Part shown: piece after piece, positions 36,355-49,082 of the stretch
Position numbering within the stretch: position 1 is the stretch's first letter
How the letters are laid out: each line of letters opens with the position of its first letter
Translations under genes and position numbers: made by a program
Assembly (NCBI RefSeq): GCF_964213995.1
Contig: NC_135810.1
Location: 83,638,001 to 83,702,000 of the forward strand
Direction of reading: 5' to 3'
Length of the DNA: 64,000 nucleotides
Origin: Mustelus asterias
Taxonomy: Eukaryota
Notes under the pieces: model-generated
What the model was told of the DNA's origin: nothing
Database searches by the model: none
Seen by the model: only the letters and a program-made list of their open reading frames with translations

Positions 36355-36670
36355 ACTCACAACCAGTTCTCTCCCTCTTTCATCCCATGATCTCTGTCCA
36401 CCCACTTGTTCTCTTCCTCCCACTCCACATGCTCTCCTTCCTCCCTCATCCTGTGGTATCTCTCCTCTGTCACCCTGAACTCTCTGTCAGTCCCCCATGC
36501 ACTCTCATCTGCCTTGCCCCGCGCACCCTCATCTCTTATTCCCCCCGCACACACTCATCTCTCATTCACCTGCACCCTCCCATCTCCCTCGCCTTCCACG
36601 CCCCATGCGCACTCTCCTTCCAGGCGTGCGCGCACACACACAAACACACACCCCAACACATGCACTCTTT
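36355..36670 (+). repeat. C/T-rich low-complexity tract with (CA)n
   Basis: Directly visible pyrimidine/CA-rich composition. Confidence 0.75.
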
Positions 36671-36859
36671 CCTGACACTAATGCCTTTCATGACAATTTT
36701 AAATATGACCTCCAACCCTTATCCCTAACAGTCTTTTACAATTTTTAGAACAATAGAATATGTTATTTTGGTCTTTGTTATACTTTGTTGCATGAATGCC
36801 TTAGTATTGTATTTAGTAAGCTGCATGGGAGAATACAGTTCATTGCTCAATCACTCACT

Positions 36860-37300
36860 GTCAATATTCTGAGTGTTACCGTTGACCCAGAAACTTAATT
36901 GGACCAGCCATAAACATACTGTGGCTTCGGGGACTGGCCAGTGGCTTTTATCTACAGCAGGTAACTCACACCCTGATTCCCCAAAGAAAATCCACCACCT
37001 ACAAAAGTCTACTGTCCACTCTCCTGAATGAATGCAGCTCTAACAGCACTCAAGAAGCTCAACACTACCCAGAATGAAGCAGCCATTCACCACCTGAAAC
37101 ATTTCAGGTGGGATTTTCCGGCTGTGCTTGCCCTGAAACGGAAAAATCCCACCTGAGGTCAACGGATCTTTGCTTGGTCCATGCCCCGCCCACTATGATT
37201 CCCGTGATGGACGGGACAGGAAAATTCCACCCTCCATCTCTCCTGCAGTGTGTACAATCTGCACTGCAGCAACTTGCCAGTTTGATCCCATGGGCCTTTC
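36860..37300 (+). mobile_element. CR1/L2-group LINE fragment interrupted by a MITE
   Basis: gacccagaaacttaattggaccagccat..gaatgcagctctaacagcactcaagaagctc; same family as 50520-51195. Confidence 0.65.
37106..37233. mobile_element. ~125-bp TIR element (MITE), relative of 4108-4232
   Basis: ggtgggattttcc ... ggaaaattccacc terminal inverted repeats plus an internal inverted copy ggaaaaatcccacc. Confidence 0.6.
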
Positions 37301-37608
37301 CTATATAGGTCCCCAAACATTGTACCTTTAACCTTTGCCGCATTATATTGAGCAAAATAGATCCCTCAACACGTTGATGATAGGATTCATGCATAATAAC
37401 TACCAATCGCATCAGGAGACACCTTGAGAGTAATGCATGTACTTTTGTAGTCCATAAGCTCTTATTATGAGATGGAATGGAAGTTATTGTGGGACAAACT
37501 GAATGACAACATTTCCTAAAGTTTTTAAGGTGATAATACCACAAAAAAAACTATTATGCTGAGATTTATTTAGTTAAGTACTCATAAGACTATGTTTGAT
37601 ATTTTTAG

Positions 37609-37754
37609 CAACCTGAAGAAGAAACCATTGCTTACCTTGGTCAGGGTGGTGAAGATGAATTTGACTCCACTGACCTTCCTGATTCTGATAAATACCAAGA
37701 TTATGAGGAGGATGATAGTAGCCCTGATGTTTCTGAAGCTGAAGAGAGCCACAG
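37609..37754 (+). CDS. Coding exon (146 nt, phase 0-2) for an acidic segment QPEEETIAYLGQGGEDEFDSTDLPDSDKYQDYEEDDSSPDVSEAEESH-
   Basis: Acceptor gatatttttag|C, donor CAG|gttagt, 48 open codons with strong GAN bias typical of D/E-rich coding sequence. Protein not recognised. Confidence 0.75.
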
Positions 37755-37801
37755 GTTAGTTCACTTTGCACAATGGAATCTCATTTCTTCTTTTCACACA
37801 G

Positions 37802-37825
37802 GTACTGACAAGTCCTGACGTACAA
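37802..37825 (+). other. 24-nt exon-like unit or alternative downstream 5' splice site
   Basis: tctcatttcttcttttcacacag|GTACTGACAAGTCCTGACGTACAA|gtaagt. Phase 0 reads VLTSPDVQ; the other two phases contain TGA. Confidence 0.4.
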
Positions 37826-38527
37826 GTAAGTAGTGTGAATCATTTGAAAATGTTCCCTGAATACAAGTAATGTATTAAGACTTCACTGCTGCGTGAGTGA
37901 GCTATGGCTGATATTAGTCTTGGGTATCTTTAAGGCAAACAAAAGAAGGAAAATTGATAGAAGCCTCTGCCAAATTGAAAGACTCATTTCATTTTATATA
38001 AAATGAAAGTATTGCATCATTCTGGTAGGTACATTTGTGACCATGGTGAACTTTAGAAACTGCAGGAATCATTGTGATGATTGAGATCAGTAATTGAGTT
38101 CCTTCACCACTGGAGCAAAGGTTTAGGACCAGAGATTTCCATTTTTAACAGAATATTTCTAAACACAAATTGAGTCAGAAGATGTCTGTTTTTGACAAGA
38201 TGTTCTTCAATTTTAACCATACTGAAAAATATCTTTCTTGACACAAAGCATAAGACAGATGCATTTTGTTTCTGGTTCTGTTGGTAAATGTTTTCCTGAT
38301 TTATTACTCTGCCTCTATATGGGAAAATGCCCTGCCGGCGTGATTATTTTGATAGTATTAGCTCTTTGTTTTGGCTTGATTTTCTTTCATTACGATGTGC
38401 CAAAATGTTTCAAAATGGACTGGTGAATCTAATTCTCTTGACCGCTGGATGTTAATACAGTATGTTGCCTGTAATGTTGGAAATGTTCAGGTTCCATATG
38501 TCCAAAGTAGGCTGCTTGTCCCTGTTC

Positions 38528-38786
38528 TTAGCACTGCTGTCTCACAGCGCCAGGGACCCAGGTTCAATTCCTGGCTTGGGTCACTGTCTGTGTGGAGTTT
38601 GCACGTTCTCCCCGTGTCTGCGTGGGTTTACTCCGGGTGCTCCGGTTTCCTCCCACAGCCTGAAAGACGTGCTGGTTAGGTACATTGACCCGAACAGGCA
38701 CCGGAGTGTGGTGACTTGGAGAATTTCACAGTAACTTCATTGCAGTGTTAATGTAAGCCTTACTTGTGACTCATAAATAAACTTTA
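38528..38786 (+). mobile_element. SINE with HE1-type head and a different 3' tail
   Basis: HE1 head through ttcctcccacagcc, then ..tttcacagtaacttcattgcagtgttaatgtaagccttacttgtgactcataaataaac. Confidence 0.75.
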
Positions 38787-39296
38787 AAAGCTACATTGAC
38801 AGTTGTGCAAGTAGACATGCACTTCATATCTGACATTAATTACAACTTGATAATTGCAAAGTGCTTCACAGCCTTTGGGTGAAGTGCTGATTTAATAATT
38901 GAATGCATTTTCCTTGAGTGCTAGAAGTGCATTTTTTCATGTATCTTATTAAGCAAGATACTTTATTGATACTTGAGCAGTATATTTTTTTCTTTATTTG
39001 AATAGATTAGGCTATAAATTGTGCCTGGAATCTGCAAAGTTAATATGAATGCAGGAGACTGATGTTTGGTGGTAGCATATCCATTGGAAAGCATTCTGAA
39101 GGCTAAGATGCACATTTCACGTAGACTTATTTAACCTTGTAATGTAGATGAGATAAACATAGCTCTTTTTACTGTGAGAATCTTACAAAGATGTTAAAAT
39201 CAACACAAACAATAATGTACTTTTAGGCTCATTTATTTTTCATGTTTAGTCTTTTTGTTTTCATGTTGTTCCTTCACCACTGCCCACATCTGCCCA

Positions 39297-39450
39297 CACC
39301 TGTTTGTGAACAGAATTCCCACTCACCTGAAGAAGGGGCTCCGAAAGCTTGTGTGGCTTTTGCTACCAAATAAACCTGTTGGACTTTAACCTGGTGTTGT
39401 TAAACTTCTTACTGTGTTTACCCCAGTCCAACGCCGGCATCCACATCACA
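39297..39450 (+). mobile_element. Penelope-like element terminal repeat carrying a minimal hammerhead motif
   Basis: cac-CTGAAGA-agg-ggct-cc-GAAAGCTT-gtg then ccaaataaacctgttggactttaacctggtgttgt. Confidence 0.7.
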
Positions 39451-40185
39451 TCTGGTTCCCCAGTGCACCTTTCCGTTTACATGCCCCTCCCACCCTCCTA
39501 TGACATTTTCTCCTCCATCCATGGTGGTTAGAGTAGACTGTACCACAGCTATTTCATGGAACTACCAAAGCCACAAACATGAGGTCACCCTCTGCGGAAA
39601 AGGGTCTGGACCTTCTGGTTTCAACACTGCAATTGCACCCTCTAGTGACTGGATAAGAGTTAACCCAACTCAACTATTGAGGAACCTGGTTTCTAAATGA
39701 CCATGAAGCATGAAATTCAAATTGAAAGCCTTTTCTTTACTGTACCATTGGCAGTGTCTGACCCAAAAACTAATATATTTTTATGGTGTGACTTTGTATG
39801 TACAAATATGCGGCAGTAATTAAACTACTCATAAATCCTTTTGATCCAACAGGATTCATTTAAATTACAAATTTTGTTTGTGGTGAACATTACCTGTCCA
39901 TAGTTATTACTTCCTGCAACACTTTTTACATCAATATTCATGATGCAAAAATTAACAGTGGGAAATCCAAATAAATATTTCAGAACCGGATTGTTGATGA
40001 ATCAATTGAATCAATCAAAATGCTTTTTGCTAAGAAAATACATTCCCTGTTTTTATCCCTAGACAACTGTTATTTGTAATGTCCAAAATAGACTTTTTTT
40101 AGTTCGTGCTTCTGAAGAACAATTACATTTTTCCATCCAGTTACCTTTTCTGTCTTTTCTTGCCTTCATTAAAATCTTTACTCAG

Positions 40186-41350
40186 CCATGGGCTTTAGCA
40201 AGGCCTTTGACAAGGTACCGCATGGTAGGTTGTTGCATAAGGTTAAATCTCATGGGATCCAGGGTGAGGTAGCTAAATTAATACAAAATTGGCTTCTTGA
40301 CAGACGCCAGAGGGTGGTTGTAGAGGGTTGTTTTTCAAACTGGAAGTCTGTGACCAGCCTCAGGGATCGGTGCTGGGTCCACTGTTATTTATCATTTATA
40401 TTAATGGTTTGGATGAGAATTTAGGAGGCATGGTTACTAAATTTGCAGATGACACCAAGATTGGTGGCATAGTGGACGGTGAAGAAGGTTATTGATGATC
40501 GCAGCGGGATCTTGATCAATTGGGCCAGTGGGCTGACGAATGGCAGATGGAGTTTAATTTAGATAAATGTGAGGTGATGCATTTTGGTAGATCAAAGAGA
40601 TCTACCAAAGAGTTAATGGTAGGGCCTTGGGGAGAGTTATAGAACAAAGAGATCCAGGGGTCCAGGTGAATAGCTCCTTGAAAGTGGAGTCACAGGTGGA
40701 CAGAGTGGTGAAGAAGGCATTCAGCATGCTTGATTTCATTGGTCAGAGCATTGAATACAGGAGTTGGGACGTCTCATTGAAGTTGTACAAGACATTGGTA
40801 AGGCCACACTTGGAATACTGTGTACAGTTCTGGTCACTCTGTTATAGAAAGGATATTATTAAACTAGAAAGAATGCAGACAAGATTTGCTAGGATTCTAC
40901 CGGGACTTGATGGCTTGAGTTGGAAGGAGTGGCTGGATAGACTGAGACCTTTTCCTCTGGGCTTGGAGGTGATCATCTAGAAGTCTACAAAATAATGAGG
41001 GGCATAGATCAGCTAGATAGTCAATATCTTTCCCCACAGGTAGGGGAGTCTAAAACTAGAGGGCATAGGTTTAAGGTGAGAGGGGAGAGATACAAAAGGG
41101 TCCAGAGGGGCAAATTTTTCACACAGAGGGTGGTGAGTGTCTGGAACAAGCTGCCAGAGGTAGTAGTAGAGGCGGGTACAATTTTGTCTTTTAAAAAGCT
41201 TTTAGACAGTTACATGGGTAAGATGGCTATAGAGGGATATGGGCCCAATACGGGCAATTGGGACTAGCTTAGTGGTTTTTAAAAAAAGGGGGCGGCATGG
41301 ACAAGTTGGGCTGAAGGGCCTGTTTCCATGCTGTAAACCTCTATGACTCT
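40186..41350 (+). mobile_element. CR1 LINE 3' half
   Basis: FSKAFDKVPHGRLL, KFADDTK, LVRPHLEYCVQFWS, TRGHRFKVRG; tail ctctatgactcta. Confidence 0.92.
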
Positions 41351-43329
41351 AAGATACTTTTATTGATACTTTTATCCAAAGCAATGACTGAAGACAGATT
41401 GTGTAGTCTGAGCCGGTGCAGTGTGCATTAGCAGTTTTTAGTTTCTTATACTAAAATCCACTTGGTTAAGGGAAGGTTAGAGAGCAAAATCTGTAACCTC
41501 AGTGTGCATACCTATCATCAAGCTGGGAAAACAACCCAGATTCAATGGGGAGTGTAAAATGATAGGCCAGGAAAAATCCCAGTAAATGTATGAAGAAGCC
41601 TTTACTCAATTTGTTCGCACCTTAAAATGGCCTGAGCTTGTAAAAGGATTAGAGTGGAGATGGCAACATTCTCTACTCGGGCTGCCTTGAACAACATTGT
41701 AAGAGTTCTAACAACACCAGGTTAAAGTCCAATTCCACATCTTGAACAACATTAGCAGACTTCAATGTTGGGATGGGCAGCCGTTCTCATCCTCGTCCTT
41801 CCTGGAGAGAATGCCTGCTGACCAAACTGTGTTCCAAGTTCACCTTGTGTTTCACAGTGGTGAACAAGCTTGATGGTGGAATTCCCCACTCTGTCACGAT
41901 GTCCGCTTGGCACCAAGGTATTCCACTTGCTGTAACAACTTCACCTTCTCACCAATCGACAGCACTTGAAATTTTCTCAAAGGTTTAGTCATACTCACAG
42001 GCATTGCAGATCCTTTCACAGGGAGATCTCAAGGTCAAATTATGGTTTACCCAGCACTACATGATTTTGAACTCTTGTTTGGTCTAACTCTGCTTTGATT
42101 GGTTGGCAGCAAGCTTGAACATGTTTGGTTAATCCAGAGCTACCAGTGTGGAATTTTGATTTATCAGGGGCATCATTCAGTGGTATTTGTTATTCTGCCA
42201 GCTGGATTGGTTGACCCCACTGACATAATCAAAAATTTGGGTCATCCGCATCTTCATAGTTTTGATGGTTTTCATCCAATAATGCCTTTGGTAGTTAAGA
42301 GTTATTTGGTTTTGCATTGCTCAGTGTCTTGTTTTCCAGGGCACTAGTCTTTGTTGTGGTCTGTGTTTTATAAGATGCATGCTGCTCAGGTGAGAAGTGC
42401 TGATTTTTTAATTTGTTTTGCAGTGCACTTGTCTCTTTTCCAATCCTGTTCTGTGTAAAGTTGCTGTTGTGAATTTGCTCTGGATCTTTTTCTATGTACA
42501 TACAGTTGGAATCATGAGTGTTTGAAGTTGACAATTGACCATTATGTGCACATATAGGGTGCATATCCTGTGCTGTGTGGGTGCTCCAGGACACTTCCCA
42601 TGTCCTGGATGACCAGAGTGCAGGAACAGTGTAAAGACCCAGCAACTACAGGCAAGTTGGTTTAAACTCCGTGATGGGAAGCTTCTAGAAATGATAATTC
42701 AGGACAAAATTAATTGTCACTTGGGCATATGCAAGTTAAGGAAAACCAACACAGATATGTTGAGGGGAAATAGTGTTTGACCAACTTGCTTGTGTTTTTT
42801 GATGTGTTAACAGTGAAAGTTGATGAGGGTAATGCTGTTGATTTGGTATCTATGGACTTCTGTGCTAGCTCTCCAAAGGAGCAATTCATCTTGTGCCACT
42901 TATTATCTGAACAACATGCTGTAGTGTGGGGAGAAGGTGGGGAGTGGCAAAAAGTCAGTTGCTCCTTTGGAGAGCTAGCACAGATACAATGGGCCAAATG
43001 GGCTCCTTGTGTGCTGTAACCATTATATGATTCTGTGGAGTTTGTGGTTGCTGATAGAACATAAAGATGCTCAAGCCAAATTACATAATCCTTGGACTTG
43101 ATGGACCTTTGTACCTGCAATATAGTATTTGTTCCCAATTGCAGTCAAGAGATCATAATTTTCAAATGGATTTAGCTGCAAAATGCTTCAGAATTAGATG
43201 GTGTTTTTTTACCCAACATTAACCTCAATCCAAGGAATGAGAAATTATTGTATACTACAATTTGAGGTATTTTAACAATTGGGTGGTCATGCACGTACCA
43301 TCATTAACACTTCGTATTTCTCCCTCCTT

Positions 43330-43900
43330 AACGTTGCCAGCCTCCCTCTGGCCCATCTTATCTACTGCTAAAAGCCTTATCCTTGTCTTTGCTACCTCTA
43401 GATTTAACTATTCTAATGCACCGCTAGCTGGCCACCCACATTCTATATTCTAAGTTTGCAGGCATTTAAAACTCTGCTGCATATATTGTGACTTACACCA
43501 TCACCTCCGTACTTGCTGACTTCCCTTGTCTCCCATTTAAGCAGTGCCTCTATTTTCACATTCTCACCATGTTTTCAAATCCCTCCATAGCCTCACCTCT
43601 ATCTAATTAGCATCGGCTCCAAGATTTTAGCAATGCTCTGGATCTGGCCTCCTAAGCATTCCCAATTTGAATTGCTCCACCGTACCTCACATTGGTGGTC
43701 ATGCCTTCAGCTGCCCTGATCCTGTGCTCTGGAATTCCCTCCCAAAACCTCCGCATCGCTCCCTTCCTTAAAGACACTTCTTCAGACCTATCTTTCTGAC
43801 CATGCGTTTGTCCTTGTATCTCTTTATGCGGCACTCTGTAATATTTGACTTTGAAATGTTCTGTAAACTACCTCCAGATGTTTTATGTTAAAATTGCTAC
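43330..43900 (+). mobile_element. Decayed L2 3' fragment
   Basis: LSTAKSLILVFATSRFNYSNAPLAG and ctctggaattccctcccaaaacc. Confidence 0.7.
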
Positions 43901-45389
43901 GTAAAAATAATTTATTGGTGGTTCCAATGTTCTAAGTTGCCAGTCTTATAACCAGAGTTGCCATTTTGAGTGAGTTTTTTTTTGTCAGTCATCCTACCCG
44001 TGACTCTCCGTGGATCCAGGTAATTATAAGTCAATTGCAAATATACTTTCTAACAAAGGGATACATTCTTCAAACATAGAATGAGTTAAATGCATTGACA
44101 GAAATTGGAGATCCAGGTGAATGCAGGGTTGTTACTGATATACCCTGATGTTTGATTTCAAGCAAGCCATTGTGACTCAGTCCCCAATAGCTCCATCTCT
44201 GCTTTTGCACGGTTATCTTTAAAATGCAATTCACTTTCCCACATATAATTGCTGTCATGGGGTTACTTCCTACTCATCCTTTCTGAAAACATAACTATGG
44301 CAGCAAAGCTGAAAGCAGCAATATGTTGAGAAGCCATCCATGACATTTATGCTTAAATTGGTTAGCTTAAATGACAAGCAGATAAAGAATGTGTAAAATA
44401 TTTTTCAGCTGGGATTTTGCGACATATATTTTCACTGAAATATAGATGAAACGAGCATTTAAGATTGCCTGAAATGTTTGTTGCGTATCACCTTTATGCA
44501 TCAAGGTTTACTGCTGTATCATATTTCTTACAGTTCTTCATGGTTGAGAAACCATCTCGTAATGCTTCACACTTTTGTTCCATGTGGAATGAATTTTAAC
44601 CTCTAGTTATCTATCTCAATTTCTGTTCAAAAAGAGTCTCGGCCAACTGTGCATGAATTGTTTCCTTGGTTTTATTTTTAAAATACATGAAAATTCTTAC
44701 TGGCTTAATTGCTTCTTTCCTGGCGCACACAGCTCACGGGTTGTGGTACTGAGAAATTTTAATGGGTTGAAACATTTTCACAGCAGAGATTGAAGAGTGT
44801 TGGTTGGTTGTACTATTTTTACAAGAGCCCACCGTCATTATCTCTCTTTACAAAAAGCCCGTTACAGCAACACTTTTAAAACCATTAAATCCTGATGGAT
44901 TTGTAAAAGAGGATTTTTTTCCTTCAGTGAATCGATTAGGGATATTAATGTGCATCTTTCTTTGTCCATTGCCAAGTAGGTGTTAGAAAAAAATATAAAA
45001 ATTGAACAGTTGCTCTGCTATCCCTTTGAAGATTCTCTTTCAGCCCTGCAACCTATATTTGTTCACCCTCTTCACACCTCGGTTCCATTGCCACCATCAA
45101 GCATTTTTATTCTTTCGGTGGCATTAGTCATATTGTGCTGTTCTCTGGAATGAAACACAAAACCTTTACTCGGCGTGGCCACAATTTCCTTTGTCCTCAA
45201 CAATTCATTTCAATTCAGAGTTTTCAACTTTGACTTGATATTTTTAACTTGTAGCATGCCCTGGCTTTAAAATCGCCAACCCCATGCATTGTATGAGAGA
45301 ATGAATTTGTGCAGTGAGAATTTGTCTCTTTTAGCAGAAGGAATATATTCCTTCATGATTAAGTACAAGGAGCTTCCCGAGTTTACTCA

Positions 45390-46330
45390 GGAGCCAGGGT
45401 CCATTACAAAGCAGTAACACGAGTTTTTGCCATTGGATAAAATCCTGAACTGCAGATAAAGTCCCAGATGAACTACCTCCCTGGATCCTAAAGTTGGTAC
45501 CTGAGGATCTGGCTCCAATATTGACAAATCTCTTTTAAGAGTCAATCAACACCAGCTGCTTATCAGACTAGTAGGTAGAGACAAGCTAACATCGTAGAAT
45601 ATACTCAAAAAGGGATAAAAGTCAGCCAGAAATTACAGTCTGGTATCTCTCACCAGTGTCATTTGCAAATTGCTTGAATATATTGCTCATTTTTATGTCA
45701 TGAAGCACTTTGAAGCTTACAATATCTTCATGGATAGTCAGCAAGGTTTATGGGTCAAAAAGATTACCAAAACGTTGCTTTTTACAGACTTGATAACATA
45801 GCTTCAGGTCTCGGAAGAGATGAAAACACTCGCATGGCATTTCTGGATTTCTCAAAAGCCTTTGACAAAGTTCCTCCTCTTGTCCAGACTTCATGACTAT
45901 GGAATCAGGGGGACATTATTGAATTAGATCGGGCATTTCCCAAGTAACAGAAGACAGAAAGTGGTGTGTCTTGTGGAATCATTCTCTCCTAGAGATGTCC
46001 TCTCTGGAGTGCCTCAGTGCACTGTGTTGGGACCTTTACCCTTGTTGGTATGCATACATTACTTTCCTAACAAGTTAAAAACAGAATGTGGCTATTTGCA
46101 GATGATTATGTGGTTTATGCAGCAGGGAAAACTCTCGGTCACATCAATCCACTGCAAGATAACCTTCTGGAATTGAAAAATTGGCAGGACCAATTGGAGA
46201 TGACATTCAATGCCAGAAGATGCAATTTCATGTCTATTACCAACCAAAAGGACCCACCAACAAACTCTACAGTCAAATTCTCTCAATACGCAGATACATA
46301 ACCAAACCTGGGGGTTTATCTTGAAAGTAA
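45390..46330 (+). mobile_element. Old CR1-group LINE RT fragment
   Basis: FLDFSKAFDKVP, SGVPQCTVLGPL, LFADDYVVY, MTFNARRCNFM. Confidence 0.8.
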
Positions 46331-47963
46331 TATTCAGTGCAGTTTCCCAAGATTGAGCTGAGAGATTACAGAAATATCTTTACATGGAGGTTTGTGTGGT
46401 TGAGCGAGATGTTACATTTTTAAAGGGAATTAGATAAACATATCAAAGACCTGAAACTGGGAAGTACAAGGGCAGAGGGAGAGCAGAGCAGTAGGATTAG
46501 CTGTTGCTTGCTCTAAAAAAGGCACGATGATCACCTTCGTCCCTATAATAGTTGAAACTCCAGATCCTATTTGCTCCCAATGCACTTGCTTCCACTTCCA
46601 TAAGATTGCCTGCTTCTGCCATTTACCTGGGATCGCTATCTACGAAAACCTTTTATCCATGCCTTTCTCACCTCTAATTTGCAAGCAGAAATCAGCTTGA
46701 AGCTGCACTATATCTGTGGTTTTGGCAAATGAAATTGAAACTATCATGTAATGTGTGCCTGTGACTGTTCTCATCAGGCCTGGCTACAGAGTTTTGTCAG
46801 AATCCCTTTTTAAGTCGTGATCTTCAGTGAGAGAACCAAACTCATGCTGGTAGCATAGACTGTGCCTGCTTGCTTAACACAAGGATACTGTTGCTATCGT
46901 TTCATTGCATTCCTTACAATTGTCCTGTCAGGTGTTGGATTAGCTTTATGATGGCTCCCAGGAACATTCCCTGCTTTTATTTGGGATTGTAGCACTTGAG
47001 GAATAACAAGTGTGTGGTACAATTGTATCATGAGCAGTTGAATTGCAAGTGAGAGTTACAAATGCTGACATCAGTTTATTTTAATTAGGAGAATTATACT
47101 TTGCCACTGAAGGTCTTATTGGTTTTATGCCTGGTTGTATGGCATTCCATGATATTTGACAGTTTAAATTGTTGAGAGTTGATAGTTTAATTTAATTGAA
47201 AGTTGGTGCGTTGAAGTGGGGTTTGAAAGATGCCATGTATTTAAGTACGAGGCTGAGGCTGAGAGTTGTCAAAGGGAATACGTGCTAATTTATGTTCCGA
47301 GCATATCGATCTGCTTTTCTCCTTGTAAGCCTATGTTTCTATAGGTCACTTTGATTCAAATACTAGGTTTACCATAGTTACTTCCAAAGCCCTAGCATGA
47401 GTTAGGAAGAGAGGCCACACATTTGTTTTAAACATCTGTAATCTGTATCTTATATCTACCATTATAATAATGATATGGTCTAACTAAACACCGTTTTCTA
47501 GCTACAATAATAATTTGGCAGACATCATTCCATTAATCAATTAAGTCTGAGTACACTGACCTTTAGTCCGTCATAATATGCACTATTTATGACCAGTAAT
47601 TTAATGTTGTTCCCTCAAAATTGTATTTGTATCTTTAGGCAGGTGTTTAAATGAGGAATGGCCCTAGCAGTCTGTGCAACAAATTTCTGTATGCATGATT
47701 AGCTAATGTTGCAGGATTGATAGTATTTGCTGAGAAACACTAATTTTTAGTACACAACCAATAACATGAATAGAAAATGTGTGAGCAATTTGATTTTTAA
47801 TAAGTAGCATCCCAAAACCAAAAACAAAACTGTTGGCTGAATGTGAATTCTGTTCCAAGGATTCGGAGTTTATCTACATATAATGTTTTAATAAAATGTG
47901 TAAATTAATTGTAGTAACTATTAACTAAGGCCTTTTTCTTTCTTCCTTTTATATCGTCTACAG

Positions 47964-47973
47964 CTTAAACAAG
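47964..47973 (+). CDS. Possible 10-nt micro-exon with GC donor (phase 2-0, -LNK)
   Basis: Very strong acceptor ctttttctttcttccttttatatcgtctacag|C, putative donor AAG|gcaggt. Completes AG+C = Ser after the 37754 donor. Confidence 0.3.
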
Positions 47974-48339
47974 GCAGGTCAAATTTTTTAATAGTTCCCA
48001 GCATTTTGGCAGCTTTGTTAACATTGCTAGTTGTGCACATCATCTTTTTTAAATTAGTCATCCCTGCTGATTTTTGCCACTCCTCTCTTTCCCTAAAGGC
48101 AGTGCTTCTTGGCAGGAGTGTGTTTCCACAAGTGCTATTGCTATTCATATGTGAAATGTGAACCATTTTCCATATCTTGGGAGGCAGGGATAGAGGATAA
48201 AATTTATCATCAATGTGCCAGCTCAGCCTTCGGCTGACTGAAGAAGAGTGCGTGACGACCAGGATGTCAAACCTGAGACTATGGTTGTGGTTTTGCGGGC
48301 AGCAGTGGTCCCTACACTCCAATATGCTTTAGAGATTTA

Positions 48340-48790
48340 GACAACCTACAGCAGGCACCTCAGAGCACTGGAAAAGAAGCACTTTGGTATCTTCGCAATA
48401 TCCTCCAAATCCATTCGCAAGAAAGGCTCTCCCAAGCCAACTTCCCCAGCATCAAGGCTCTACTCACTCAAAACCATCGCTGCTGGCCTGAACAGCGGAG
48501 ACCTGCAAGAGGACAGCGGAAACTTTGTAGGATGTCCTCAAAGCATCCCTGAAGAGATCAAACGTATCTGTTGACTCACCTGGAACATTCAAAAGCAAAA
48601 TCAAGGCACCAGAGGGAGTGCACAAACCTCCAAACAACTAATCTACTCAACCCTTCAAGCACCATTGGCACTGCATGTGGCAGAGTCTGCCGGTCGTACA
48701 TTGGAGTTGTCAGACATCTCAGAGCCCATTGAACCAGAGAAGTTGCAAGACATTCTCACTCCTGAAGGACCATCTAAGAAGAAGACCAAA
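48340..48790 (+). mobile_element. RTE (BovB-like) LINE 3' fragment
   Basis: HLRALEK..LRNILQIH..SQANFPSIKALLTQNHRCW-like translation; cactgcatgtggcagagtctgc near the end. Confidence 0.6.
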
Positions 48791-48849
48791 GGCACTGCTA
48801 TCCATATGTGAATCTTGATGGTGATGAGATGTATGACCATTCACGGATT

Positions 48850-49082
48850 GCAGCAAAGCCTGACTCTACCTACATCCAAAATTCATGCATCCATCAGTAG
48901 TGGGAAACATGGGCAGCATTTCTTTGAGCAGTTAACCTCCCAAACTCTGGGCGTTGGGGCCAATTGCAACACTTGTGCTGCCATTCGCTGGTCAATTAAC
49001 TCAGCAAAGACCAGGATTGAACCTGAGATCTTGCTGATCCAAATTGCTCACCACCTCACTAGATTAACTCACTGTGTCATTT
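48850..49082 (-). mobile_element. Old tRNA-derived SINE
   Basis: Reverse complement has B-box ggttcaatcc followed by tgctgagtta..aattggcccc. Confidence 0.5.

Noticed and set aside
47921-48322. 133-aa minus-strand ORF
   Set aside because: No recognisable motif; the K/R-rich end is just the antisense of a polypyrimidine tract.
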